From the NCBI GenBank assembly GCA_053919585.1, contig CM132794.1: 64,000 nucleotides of DNA, one strand, 5' to 3'. The translations under genes were made by a program, and so were the position numbers. A model generated the notes under the pieces. The model did not search any database and had not been told where the DNA came from. It saw only the letters and a list, made by a program, of their open reading frames with translations. Within the stretch, counting starts at the first letter, position 1; every line of letters starts with the position of its first letter. This DNA comes from Euprymna scolopes. Taxonomy: Eukaryota. Shown one piece after another: positions 63,731 to 64,000 of this stretch.

Positions 63731-64000
63731 TATATTATTCTACTATTATGATTTGTAACTATATTTTTATCTGGGTTAATTTTAATTTGTAAAAGTGACT
63801 TAATGTTTTATTTAGTAATGATAAAAGAAATTGTCTAAGAAGCGTTTGAAACAACTAAAAATGTATTTTCCTTGTCATAAATTATGATTAAAATAAAAAT
63901 AAACAAGCTTGGTCTGCAAATTAGCAGGATTTAAACTAAAAATTAATATAGTGATTGAAATTCTTCTAAAATGCGGAAGATGTTAATCTGCTAATGATTT

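Overview
AT-rich, (TA)n-microsatellite-rich DNA from a eukaryotic genome, probably an invertebrate animal, with six short N gaps. I see no intact host protein-coding gene; most track ORFs are microsatellite or antisense artefacts. The window is largely decayed transposable elements: five CR1/L2-group LINE fragments, a near full-length Ty3/Gypsy element with nearly identical LTRs (15018-20528), three Penelope-like elements (one Naiad-type, with terminal inverted repeats), an R4/Dong-like RLE LINE, an RTE 3' end, a Chapaev3-like DNA transposon (38256-41069), several Tc1/mariner relics and MITEs, non-autonomous Helitrons, one HINE and SINEs. Three things are not explained by that inventory. (1) The unique-looking DNA between TEs contains 7-9 decayed, apparently intronless paralogues resembling glycosyltransferase family 92 (galt-1-like), on + in the left half and on - in the right half. 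(2) A tRNA-headed SINE is fused to a type I hammerhead ribozyme, in two copies that together reconstruct an intact core; several more hammerheads lie near Penelope ends. (3) The HINE carries two tandem U2 snRNA 5' fragments. Family assignments come from motifs recalled and aligned by eye and need HMM or covariance-model confirmation.
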